Of a DNA stretch of 64,000 bases, positions 30,892-40,171 are shown piece by piece. Source of the DNA: Pedosphaera parvula Ellin514. GTDB taxonomy: Bacteria; Verrucomicrobiota; Verrucomicrobiia; Limisphaerales; JADJPG01. The translations under genes were made by a program, and so were the position numbers. Position 1 is the stretch's first letter, and every line of letters starts with the position of its first letter. The DNA lies in NCBI GenBank assembly GCA_943332515.1, contig CALQPR010000013.1, positions 21,106-85,105 of the forward strand, in the 5' to 3' direction. The notes under the pieces were generated by a model. It saw only the letters and a list, made by a program, of their open reading frames with translations. It was not told the origin of the DNA and did not search any database.

Positions 30892-32309
30892 TCAATTCGG
30901 TTTCAACCTCGGCGCGACGAGCAGCAAGGCGGTCCACGCTCCGGCGGCCCAGAGGAACAGCACCAGCAGTCCCGGCGTGGCGGCGCGCAGCGCGTGGGCG
31001 GGCGGCGGCGGATCGTAACGGAAGGCGGGCAGCTTCTCCCACAGCGCTCGACCGGCGACGCCGCCGTGATGGCCGTCGGCCGCAGGGGTGTTCATCATGT
31101 CCTCGTTGAGCACGCGCACGAAGTCGCGGCGATGCTGCTCGGCGGCGACGGAGAAATGGCGGTGGTGGGTGAAGTCAGTGCCGGCGAGCGCCATCGAGGC
31201 GGAGCGGAGACCGAGCAGTGGCGCGATGAGGCCGGTCCAGGTCACCGTACGGTCCTGCGCTTCGAGGTGGTCCCAGAGTTTGCCGAAGTGATGATCAAAT
31301 ACTTCGTTGGCCATGCGTTCGCTTTCCAGCATGACGAGGCCGTTGAAGTTGAACGGGAGTTCTTCGATGCGGGTCTTGCCGTGTTTCTTTAACGTCGCCT
31401 GGGCGAAAGCCTGCAACCGATCATTGCGCGGGTTGTGGCCATCCAGTCCTTCTTGCACGGCCTTGTTCATCGCCGTTTCAAAATCGACCAGCTTCGGCGT
31501 GGGCAGAATGCGTTGCGCGAAATCGGAAGCGAGACGCGGCGCGAGCACGGCGTTGGCCGCCCAGCACACCAGAAGTATGGCGAGCGCGGCGCGCGCGGTG
31601 GATGCGATGGCCGAGACCGCGAGGCACACGGCGAGAATGGCCGCGAGATAGAGGGCGTAAGCTGCGCCCATCCACGCGAGGCGAGCCCAGCCGCCACCCA
31701 CGTCTCCGCCGGGTAGTTGTGCGAGCGCCAGCGCTCCGCACCCCGCGGCGGGCAGCAGCAGGACAGCGAGCGCGGCGCCGAGGCCAAGAGCTTTGCCGAG
31801 CACGAGGTCGCGCGGACGCACGCCGAGGCTCAAGACCTGGCGGAGCGTGCCGCGCTCGCGTTCGCCTGCCAGCGCGCCGAACGTGAGCAGCACGATGAGC
31901 AGCGGCACGAGCAGTTGCAGTCCGGTGGCGGCGGTCAGTTCGCCGAAGCGGCGCATCGCGGTGGCGTCTTGCGCGGGGAGGAACGCGGCCTGGTTTTGTC
32001 GGTGCGCTTCGAGGAAGACGGTGGTGCCGACGAAGGGTTCGAGGCCGCGATCGAACACGGCCAGCGGCGCGAGCGGCTTGAAGACATACACGCCGTAATG
32101 GCCGGCCGAGTGGGAATTCTTTTCGCCCTGATTGAGCCAGTTCTCACGCTCGAGGGCGGCGGCGGCGTTGTGTTCGGCGCGGGTGCGTTGCACCTGTTGC
32201 CACGCGAGCAGGAGCGCGACTCCGAGCAACACGAGGACCACAGCGGCGGCGATGCGGAAGCGGCCGTCGCGCCAGGCATCGAGGAATTCTTTGCGGGCGA
32301 TGGCGGCGA

Positions 32310-32313
<4 letters not shown>
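30892..32313 (-). CDS. ABC transporter permease, DUF3526 family
   Basis: IARKEFLDAWRDGR, NSHSAGHYGVYVFKP, FLEAHRQN, ERERGTLRQVL, GLDGHNP. Confidence 0.85.
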
Positions 32314-33011
<698 letters not shown>

Positions 33012-33038
33012 GGTTGGTGAGGGTGAGGAACAGGGCGT

Positions 33039-33290
33039 TCATGTCTTGCCAGGCAGAGAAGCTGCCTGCGGGTCGCGGGAAACCGTGTGCCAGGAGCACT
33101 GGCTGCACTGCGGGCACTTCGTGAGTCTGCGTGCAGTGCCCGCAGCTTTGCCACGGATGCCGCCCCAATCCCAGACGGACCTCGCGAAGCCGCACGAACA
33201 GCGCGCCATCCAAAAGCGTGAGTCGGCCTCCAGCGACTCAACCCAACGACGAGGCAGGATGGCCGCGACAAGTTTCTGGAGGGAAGTCAT
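33039..33290 (-). CDS. Small Cys-rich (zinc-ribbon-like) hypothetical protein, 83 aa
   Basis: MTSLQKLV...RCSCG...WDWGGIR...KCPQCSQC; fills the gap in a co-directional operon. Confidence 0.55.
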   Translation of the reverse strand: MTSLQKLVAAILPRRWVESLEADSRFWMARCSCGFARSVWDWGGIRGKAAGTARRLTKCPQCSQCSWHTVSRDPQAASLPGKT

Positions 33291-33321
33291 GGGAGAGATT
33301 GCGGTTCGCGATGGGAAGAAG

Positions 33322-34011
33322 TCAGTCACGCCGCCTTCCACCGGTCAGCAGCGGGAGCAGGTACCACAGGAAGTAAATCGCCGACGAGATGAAAGCCGCC
33401 ACATACGTCCAGGCGGCGGCGTTCAACACCTGGTTTACGGCGGCGGCTTCGGGGCCGCGCTGGATGAAGCCCATGTTCGCCAGCACGAGTTTGGCGCGGC
33501 GCGAGGCGTCGAACTCCACGGGCAGGGTGATGAGGTTGAAGGCCATGAGGATGCCCCACGCCACGGCCATGAGGAGCAGGCCGACCTTGGGCGCAAGCAG
33601 TCCGGTGAACATGCCGAGGAGCGGAATCCACATCACGAGCTGGCTGGCGAAGCTGGTGATGCCCACGGCAGCCATGCGCATCTCCAGCGGCGCGTAAGCC
33701 TGCTGGTGTTGCATGGCGTGGCCGCACTCGTGGGCCGCCACGCCCAGCGCCGCCGCCGAGGTGCCGTGGTAGTTGGCCGAGGAGAGCACCAGCCGCTTGC
33801 GCTTCGGGTCGTAATGGTCGCCTAGTAATTCCTCGTGCTCGTAGAGGGAGACATCGTTGATGCCGGCTTCGCGCAGAATGGCCTGCGCCGCCTCCGCGCC
33901 GGTGTAGCCGCCGGCGGTCGGTGTGCGGCTGTGGCGGGCATACGTTTGTTTCACGTGCCATTGGGCCAGAAGGCCGATGGCTAACGTGAGCAGGAAGAGG
34001 AGGAGTATCAT
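33322..34011 (-). CDS. YugP-like neutral zinc metallopeptidase (membrane)
   Basis: GDHYDP, VAAHECGHAMQH, TLPVEFDASRRA, VLNAAAWTYVA; start overlaps the upstream stop. Confidence 0.87.
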   Translation of the reverse strand: MILLLFLLTLAIGLLAQWHVKQTYARHSRTPTAGGYTGAEAAQAILREAGINDVSLYEHEELLGDHYDPKRKRLVLSSANYHGTSAAALGVAAHECGHAMQHQQAYAPLEMRMAAVGITSFASQLVMWIPLLGMFTGLLAPKVGLLLMAVAWGILMAFNLITLPVEFDASRRAKLVLANMGFIQRGPEAAAVNQVLNAAAWTYVAAFISSAIYFLWYLLPLLTGGRRRD

Positions 34012-34322
34012 GTGGCCTTTCTTTTTGGGAGCAGGCTCCGACGCAGCACCTGTCGGAGCAGGAAGCCCGCGCTCCGCCAAAGCGATTGCAGGGTGAACTT
34101 CTTTCGAGGTGCGGAATCGTGTTTGGAACGCCGCGGCAAGAGAGCGCGCGCCGAACGCAGCCATCGCCTGGCCCAGGCAAATTCAATCGCCAGAATTGCC
34201 AGCCCGGCGGGGATCACGAGGAAGGCCGGGCCGGGCAGCACAATCAACGCAATGCCCAGGGCCAGCACCGTCCCGCCCACGACGGCAACCACCAAGCGCT
34301 TGATTTGGTGCATGGGTGTCAT
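34008..34322 (-). CDS. PGPGW-family small membrane protein
   Basis: GIALIVLPGPAFLVIPAGLAILAIEFAWARRWL. Confidence 0.78.
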   Translation of the reverse strand: MTPMHQIKRLVVAVVGGTVLALGIALIVLPGPAFLVIPAGLAILAIEFAWARRWLRSARALLPRRSKHDSAPRKKFTLQSLWRSAGFLLRQVLRRSLLPKRKAT

Positions 34323-34358
34323 CGCGAAGTGCTGTAGTTAAACTTTATCGCGCATCAC

Positions 34359-34733
34359 TCAGGATGGGGTGTCGGTGGGTTTTCGAGCCTTCAGCAAACA
34401 CGGCAGCATCAGCGCGGAAGCCGCCAGCATCGCCGTAATCAAAACCGCCGCGACCAGTTTCTCCGACTTGCCATCCATCACTGCCAACCAGCCGACCGTG
34501 GCCCGCCAGGCGAACACGAGCGCCAGGAAGCTGGCGGTCACGATGGCCGCCCACAGACTCCATCGGACACCGCGCGCACCGAGCACGCCCCACAAAATCG
34601 AGAGCGCGCCAAAGGTGCCGCCGGACATCAGCGCCGTCTTCGCTTTTTCCGGATTCGTCAAGTAGCCGGCCAACCCGATGACAATGAGGAAACCGCCATA
34701 AAGAATTAGATAACCCGCCGTCTTCGTGTTCAT
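34359..34733 (-). CDS. TMEM14-like four-helix membrane protein
   Basis: YGGFLIVIGLAGYL...KTALMSGG..GAL; four hydrophobic segments; AGGAGAGG RBS for the next gene is not needed, GGAGC lies upstream of this ATG. Confidence 0.7.
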   Translation of the reverse strand: MNTKTAGYLILYGGFLIVIGLAGYLTNPEKAKTALMSGGTFGALSILWGVLGARGVRWSLWAAIVTASFLALVFAWRATVGWLAVMDGKSEKLVAAVLITAMLAASALMLPCLLKARKPTDTPS

Positions 34734-34755
34734 GCTCCGTGACCTTCCTCTCCTT

Positions 34756-35688
34756 TCATTCGCGCGCTGCGGTCGTCGTCACTTTAGGAGCCACCTTCTC
34801 GCCGACGGGCAGTTTGTCGCTTTCGGGACGCGGCCCCGCCACATACCGCAACAGCGGCGAATCCGCTGACAACAGCAGCGTGCTGCGTTTGCCGAGGAAC
34901 AGCTCGTAACTCTGAAGGCTGCGCACGAAGCGGTAGAACTCGGGGTCTTTGCCGTAAGCCTCCGCGTAGATGCGCGTGGCGGTCGCGTCGCCTTCGCCGC
35001 GCAGCTTCTGGGCGTCTTGTTCTGCCGTGGCCAGGACGATGGTTTTTTCCTTGTCGGTCTGGCTGCGCAGTTTGTTGGCTTCTTCATCGCCTTCGCTGCG
35101 GTAGCGCTTGGCCTCGCGTTCGCGCTCAGCCTGCATGCGCTGAAAGACGCTTTGCTGAACTTCCTTCGGCAAATCAGCGCGCTTGATGCGCACGTCCACC
35201 ACTTCGATGCCGAACTCGCCGGCCTTCGTCCGCACGCTCTTGGCCACGTTGTCCATGATGGCCTCGCGTTTGGTGCCGATGACGGTGGCGAAGGTGTGAC
35301 TGGCCACTTCGCTGCGCAGTTCGGAAAATACGAGGTCGTCCAGCCGCGCGCGGGCACCGGATTCATCGCGCACGGTCTTGAAGAACTTGAGCGGATCCGA
35401 GATGCGCCAGCGGGTGACGGGGTCGGCCACGAGCCGCTTCTTGTCCTGGCTCAGGTATTCGGCCTCCGGGGCGTCGCTGACCAGGATGCGCCGGTCAAAG
35501 CGGATGGAGCTGTGGAGAAACGGCGTCTTGAAGGCCAGGCCAGGCTTTTGAATGGTGCGAATGTATTCGCCGAACTGAGTGACGATGACTTGCTCGCTCT
35601 CGTCCACGATGATGAATACTTGCTTCGACACGACGGCTGCGACGATGAGGGCGGCCAGGCCACCAAAGAGGAAAATGTTTGCGCGCAT
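34756..35688 (-). CDS. hflC: FtsH protease modulator HflC
   Basis: N-terminal TM; SPFH domain (IVTQFGE, PGLAFKTPF, GIEVVDVRIKRADLP); RMQAEREREA, DPEFYRFVRSLQSY. Confidence 0.92.
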   Translation of the reverse strand: MRANIFLFGGLAALIVAAVVSKQVFIIVDESEQVIVTQFGEYIRTIQKPGLAFKTPFLHSSIRFDRRILVSDAPEAEYLSQDKKRLVADPVTRWRISDPLKFFKTVRDESGARARLDDLVFSELRSEVASHTFATVIGTKREAIMDNVAKSVRTKAGEFGIEVVDVRIKRADLPKEVQQSVFQRMQAEREREAKRYRSEGDEEANKLRSQTDKEKTIVLATAEQDAQKLRGEGDATATRIYAEAYGKDPEFYRFVRSLQSYELFLGKRSTLLLSADSPLLRYVAGPRPESDKLPVGEKVAPKVTTTAARE

Positions 35689-35692
35689 AAAA

Positions 35693-36697
35693 TTACTTTC
35701 CACTCGCAGGTGCAATGGCCGGGCGGAGACTCCCGGGCAGGAGGGGTGAAGTTCCCAGCGGCATCAACGGCAACAGCCGCTGGCCCAGATCGCTGTCCAT
35801 AATTACTTTGTCGGTGTCCGGCAGAATCTTTTCCATGGTTTCCAAGTGGAGCCGGTCGCGGGTCACTTCCCTAGACTTCTCGTATTCGGCCAGCACACTG
35901 AGAAAGCGGGAGGCCTCGCCTTGTGCGAGCAGGACGCGGCTTTCTTTGTAGCCCTCGGCTTCGCGCAGGATTTTTTGCGCTTCGCCGCGGGCCTTGGGCA
36001 GGATGTCCGCCTGATAGCCCTTGGCCTGGTTGATGAGCTTTTCCTTGTCTTCGCGGGCGCGCACCACGTCGTGGAAGGCGTCGCGCACGGCATCGGGCGG
36101 ATCGGCGGCTTGCAACTTGACCTCCGTGATGATCAGGCCGGATTCGTAAGTGTCCATCAGCCGCTGGATAAAAACGCGGGCGTCGTCCTGCACCTTGGTG
36201 CGTTCCTCGATCATGACCTGGTCAATGGTCATGCTGCCGACGGTGCTGCGCAGCGCCACCTCGGTGGCCGCGCCGAGCGCGACTTCCGGCTCGCGCAGGC
36301 GGAAGAGGAATTTGGAAGGGTCGGCCACGCGGTATTGGACGACGATCTGGGCCTCGACGATGTTTTCGTCGCCGGTGAGCATCAACGCTTCTTCATGGAC
36401 GCGTTGCGGGCCGCGAAAGCCCACTTCAATGCGGCGGATTTGCTCCACGCTCACCACGTCCGCCCGCTGGAACGGCCAGGGAAAGCAGAAGTTCAACCCC
36501 GGCTGGGTGCGGGCGGTTTCCTTGCCGAAGGTGCGCACCACCCCGACGTGCCCTGGAGTGACGGAGTAAACGCCGGAACCCAGCCAGAGCGCCAAAATGA
36601 CGACCGCCGCGATGGGCAGGAGTCGGACGACCATCTTGGCGGCTTGCTCTAATTGCTCGGCCAACTGCGGGTCCAGCGGTGACTGATTTAATGGCAT
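35693..36697 (-). CDS. hflK: FtsH protease modulator HflK
   Basis: ALMLTGDENIV, VQYRVADP, VRDAFHDVVRARED, PKARGEA, TRDRLHLETME. Confidence 0.92.
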   Translation of the reverse strand: MPLNQSPLDPQLAEQLEQAAKMVVRLLPIAAVVILALWLGSGVYSVTPGHVGVVRTFGKETARTQPGLNFCFPWPFQRADVVSVEQIRRIEVGFRGPQRVHEEALMLTGDENIVEAQIVVQYRVADPSKFLFRLREPEVALGAATEVALRSTVGSMTIDQVMIEERTKVQDDARVFIQRLMDTYESGLIITEVKLQAADPPDAVRDAFHDVVRAREDKEKLINQAKGYQADILPKARGEAQKILREAEGYKESRVLLAQGEASRFLSVLAEYEKSREVTRDRLHLETMEKILPDTDKVIMDSDLGQRLLPLMPLGTSPLLPGSLRPAIAPASGK

Positions 36698-36806
36698 ATC
36701 AGGTCTTTCTCGTAGTTGTCATGGCGCCAAAGTAGAGGTGGTATCGCCCTTAGCCCATTACGACTTTTGGAATGGACTCTTAGGTTAAAGCGAATACCCT
36801 GCTCGC
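36698..36806. promoter_or_regulatory. Divergent hflK/nhaR control region with a candidate LysR T-N11-A box
   Basis: 109-bp lower-GC gap between divergent genes; TTAG-N7-CGAA at 36780-36794 is an imperfect dyad containing T-N11-A. Confidence 0.4.
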
Positions 36807-37706
36807 GTGGAATTTCTGAACTACCATCACCTCCGATACTTCTGGGTCGTGGCCAAGGAAGGCGGCCTGCGCAAGGCGGCGGAAAAACTGCACGTCTCCC
36901 AGCCCACCATCAGCGCGCAGATTGCGGCGCTCGAAGGCGTGCTGGAGGAAAAACTGTTTCGGCGCGGCGGACGCGCCCTGGCGCTGACCGAGGCTGGCCA
37001 GCGCGTATTCAGTTACGCCGAGGCGATTTTTTCCCTGGGGCAGGAACTCCTCGACGCCACCCGGCAACAGCCCGGCGCGCGCCCGGTGCGCGTTCACATC
37101 GGCATCACCGACTCGCTGCCCAAGTTGATGAGCTACGAAATCATCAAACCCATCTTCAAACTGGAACAGCCCATCCAAGCGGTTTGCCGCGAAGGCAAAG
37201 CGGCCGACCTGCTTGGCCAACTGGCCGCCCACCGGCTGGACATTGTGCTGGCCGACGAACCCGCGCCCAGTTCGCTGCCCATCAAAGTCTTCAACCACTT
37301 TCTCGGCGAATGTGGCGTGGCCTTCTGCGCCGAGCCTAAACTGGCTGCCACCCTCAAGCGCAAGTTTCCCAAATCACTGAACGATGCGCCGGCTCTCCTG
37401 CCCGCGGGCAGCACTGTCCTGCGCCAATCGCTGGAGAAATGGTTTCAAGCTGAAGAGATTCGCCCGCGCCTGGTCGCGGAGTTCGATGACGCGGCCCTGA
37501 TGAAAGTGGCGGCGGTGGACGGGCTGGGATTTTTCGCCGTGCCGACCCTGGTCGTCAAAGAAGCGGTCACACGCTACGGCTTCCAAATCATCGGGCGCAC
37601 CGAGGAATGCCGCCAGCGATTCCACGCCATCAGCGCCGAACGCAAACTGACGCACCCGGCCGTGTTGGCCATCACGTCGCAAGCGCGAGCAGTATTCTCA
37701 GGCTGA
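36807..37706 (+). CDS. nhaR: NhaR-like LysR transcriptional activator
   Basis: LNYHHLRYFWVVAKEG...LHVSQPTISAQI, LAAHRLDIVLAD, EFDDAALMK, FHAISAERKLTHPAV are NhaR-subfamily signatures; GTG start. Confidence 0.85.
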   Translation: MEFLNYHHLRYFWVVAKEGGLRKAAEKLHVSQPTISAQIAALEGVLEEKLFRRGGRALALTEAGQRVFSYAEAIFSLGQELLDATRQQPGARPVRVHIGITDSLPKLMSYEIIKPIFKLEQPIQAVCREGKAADLLGQLAAHRLDIVLADEPAPSSLPIKVFNHFLGECGVAFCAEPKLAATLKRKFPKSLNDAPALLPAGSTVLRQSLEKWFQAEEIRPRLVAEFDDAALMKVAAVDGLGFFAVPTLVVKEAVTRYGFQIIGRTEECRQRFHAISAERKLTHPAVLAITSQARAVFSG

Positions 37707-37830
37707 ACCGTTGGTGCCTTTCGCTTCCCGTCCGTGAATGGGTCATGCTTCACTCACCCAGGAACTCGGGCGCCTGTTCTCATTCCGTTCTTTACCGCTG
37801 CGTCAGCGCGAATGAACATATTTCCGACAA

Positions 37831-40107
37831 ATGAACACTCCAGAATCTCGACGAACTGTTCGCCCGATGGCCTGCTGGCTGGGCTTGGTCCTGTTGCTCG
37901 GCGCGTTGCCGGTGGTGGCGGCGGACAAGACGAATTCGCCACTGCTCACGGTCAAGCGCATCTTCGACTCGGGCGAGTTCGGCGGCGACGGTTTCTCGGC
38001 GCGCTGGCTGGAGGACAGTTCGGGCTACACGACGTTCGAGAGCTCCAAGGAGTCGTCGGGCGGACGGGACTTGGTGCGCCACGATCCGAAGACGGGCGCT
38101 AAGGAGATTCTGATTCCAGCGTCGGACTTTGTTCCGCCGGGCGCATCATCGCCGCTGGGGCTCGATGATCACATCTGGTCGAAGGACAAGTCGCGCCTGC
38201 TGCTCTTCACCAACTCGAAGCGGGTCTGGCGCACGAACAGCCGGGGCGATTATTGGGTGCTGGATCGTTCGAGCCACGAGCTGTTCAAGCTGGGCGGCGA
38301 CGCGCTGCCTTCCACGCTGATGTTCGCGAAGTTTTCGCCGGACGGGCAGCGGGTGGCCTATGTGCGCGAGCGGAACATTTACGTCCAGGACTTGCAGAGC
38401 CGCCGCATCACGGCGCTGACCACCAACGATTCGCCGGACATCATCAATGGCACGTTCGACTGGGTCTACGAGGAGGAGTTCTTCCTGCGCGACGGCTTTC
38501 GCTGGAGCCCGGATGGACGTTTCATCGCCTACTGGCAGCTCAACACCGAGGGCGTGCGCGAGGTGCCGCTCGTGAACAACACCGACGGTCTTTATCCCAC
38601 GACGCAGCTCATCAAGTATCCCAAGACCGGCGAGATGAATTCATCCTGCCGCGTCGGCGCCATCGAGCTTGCCACTGGCCAGACGCGCTGGATGGAAGTG
38701 CCGGGCGACCCGCGCAACCATTACATCTTCGATCTCGAATGGCCCGAGGGCTCGAAGGAGATTTTCCTGCAACAACTGAACCGGTTGCAGAACACCAACT
38801 GCGTCATGCTCGCCGACCCTGTGACGGGCAAGGTGAAAACCATTCTTACCGACGGTGATGCGGCGTGGGTGGAGGGGCATCAGAGTCTGAAGTGGATCGG
38901 GGGCGGGAAGCGTTTTGTGTTCTGGAGCGAACGCGATGGCTGGCAGCACCTCCATCTCGCGAAGCGCAAGAACGGCAAGTTGAAGTTGTCGACGCCCGGC
39001 GATTACGACGTCACGGACCTTGTCCATGTGGATGAGAAGGACGAGTGGCTTTACTTCATGGCCTCGCCGGAGAATCCGACGCAGCGTTATCTTTACCGGT
39101 CGCGCTTCAGCGGACGCCAACGCGAGCGCGTCACGCCCGCCGGGCAATCGGGCACGCACTCCTATCAGGTCTCGCCGGATGGACGCTGGGCGTTTCACAC
39201 CCGGTCCACCTTCGATCAGCCGCCGGTGAAGGAATTCATCTCGCTGCCCGACCACAAGCAAGTCCGCGTGCTGAGCGAGAACAAGAAACTGAAGGATCGT
39301 CTCGCCGAGCTGAAGCTGCCGACGACCGAGTTTTTTCGCGTGCCGGTGGCGGAAGGCGTCGAGCTGGACGCGTGGTGCATCAAGCCGCCGGACTTCGATG
39401 CGACGAAGAAATATCCGCTGCTCATCTACGTCTATGGCGAGCCGGCCGGTTCCACGGTGAAGGATGCCTGGGGCGGCAGTTCGCATCTCTGGCATCTCAT
39501 GCTCGCGCAGCAGGGCTATCTCGTGATGAGCATCGACAATCGCGGCACGGACACGCCGCGCGGTCGTGCCTGGCGCAAGTCCATCTACCGGCAGGTCGGC
39601 ATTCTCGCGTCGCAAGATCAGGCGGCGGCGTTGAAGAAAGTGATCGAGACGCGCCCCTACGTGGACGCAAAGCGCATCGGCATCTGGGGCTGGAGCGGCG
39701 GCGGCTCCATGACGCTCAACGCCCTGCTGCGGCATCCGGACTTGTATCAAACCGGCATCTCCATCGCGTCCGTCCCGAACATGCGTTTCTACGACACGAT
39801 TTATCAGGAGCGTTACATGGGCTTGCCCGCCGAGAACGCGGACGGCTACCGGAACGGTTCACCGCTGACGTTCGCCAGCCAGTTGAAAGGCAACCTGCTC
39901 TTGATTCACGGCACCGGCGACGACAACTGCCATTACCAGGGCGTCGAGACGCTGGTCAACGAGTTCATCCGGCACAACAAACCGTTCCGCATGATGTCGT
40001 ATCCCAATCGCTCCCACAGCATCAGCGAAGGCGCGAACACGACCCTGCATCTGCGCGAGCTGATGACGTCCTTCCTCCACGAGAAGCTCCCGGCTGGCGC
40101 GCGGTGA
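37831..40107 (+). CDS. S9B dipeptidyl peptidase IV family protein
   Basis: NGTFDWVYEEE, YPKTG, GIWGWSGGG (Ser), HGTGDDNCH (Asp), NRSH (His); signal peptide. Start may be 37867. Confidence 0.92.
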   Translation: MNTPESRRTVRPMACWLGLVLLLGALPVVAADKTNSPLLTVKRIFDSGEFGGDGFSARWLEDSSGYTTFESSKESSGGRDLVRHDPKTGAKEILIPASDFVPPGASSPLGLDDHIWSKDKSRLLLFTNSKRVWRTNSRGDYWVLDRSSHELFKLGGDALPSTLMFAKFSPDGQRVAYVRERNIYVQDLQSRRITALTTNDSPDIINGTFDWVYEEEFFLRDGFRWSPDGRFIAYWQLNTEGVREVPLVNNTDGLYPTTQLIKYPKTGEMNSSCRVGAIELATGQTRWMEVPGDPRNHYIFDLEWPEGSKEIFLQQLNRLQNTNCVMLADPVTGKVKTILTDGDAAWVEGHQSLKWIGGGKRFVFWSERDGWQHLHLAKRKNGKLKLSTPGDYDVTDLVHVDEKDEWLYFMASPENPTQRYLYRSRFSGRQRERVTPAGQSGTHSYQVSPDGRWAFHTRSTFDQPPVKEFISLPDHKQVRVLSENKKLKDRLAELKLPTTEFFRVPVAEGVELDAWCIKPPDFDATKKYPLLIYVYGEPAGSTVKDAWGGSSHLWHLMLAQQGYLVMSIDNRGTDTPRGRAWRKSIYRQVGILASQDQAAALKKVIETRPYVDAKRIGIWGWSGGGSMTLNALLRHPDLYQTGISIASVPNMRFYDTIYQERYMGLPAENADGYRNGSPLTFASQLKGNLLLIHGTGDDNCHYQGVETLVNEFIRHNKPFRMMSYPNRSHSISEGANTTLHLRELMTSFLHEKLPAGAR

Positions 40108-40171
40108 AGACGCGCTGGTAAAGCTGCCGGCATCAGTTTAGAAACATCGCAATCTCAACATCAGCGAAGCA

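Noticed and set aside
36699..36722. 7-aa upstream ORF MTTTRKT ending 1 nt before hflK
   Set aside because: No attenuator structure; it overlaps the hflK RBS region and is probably chance.
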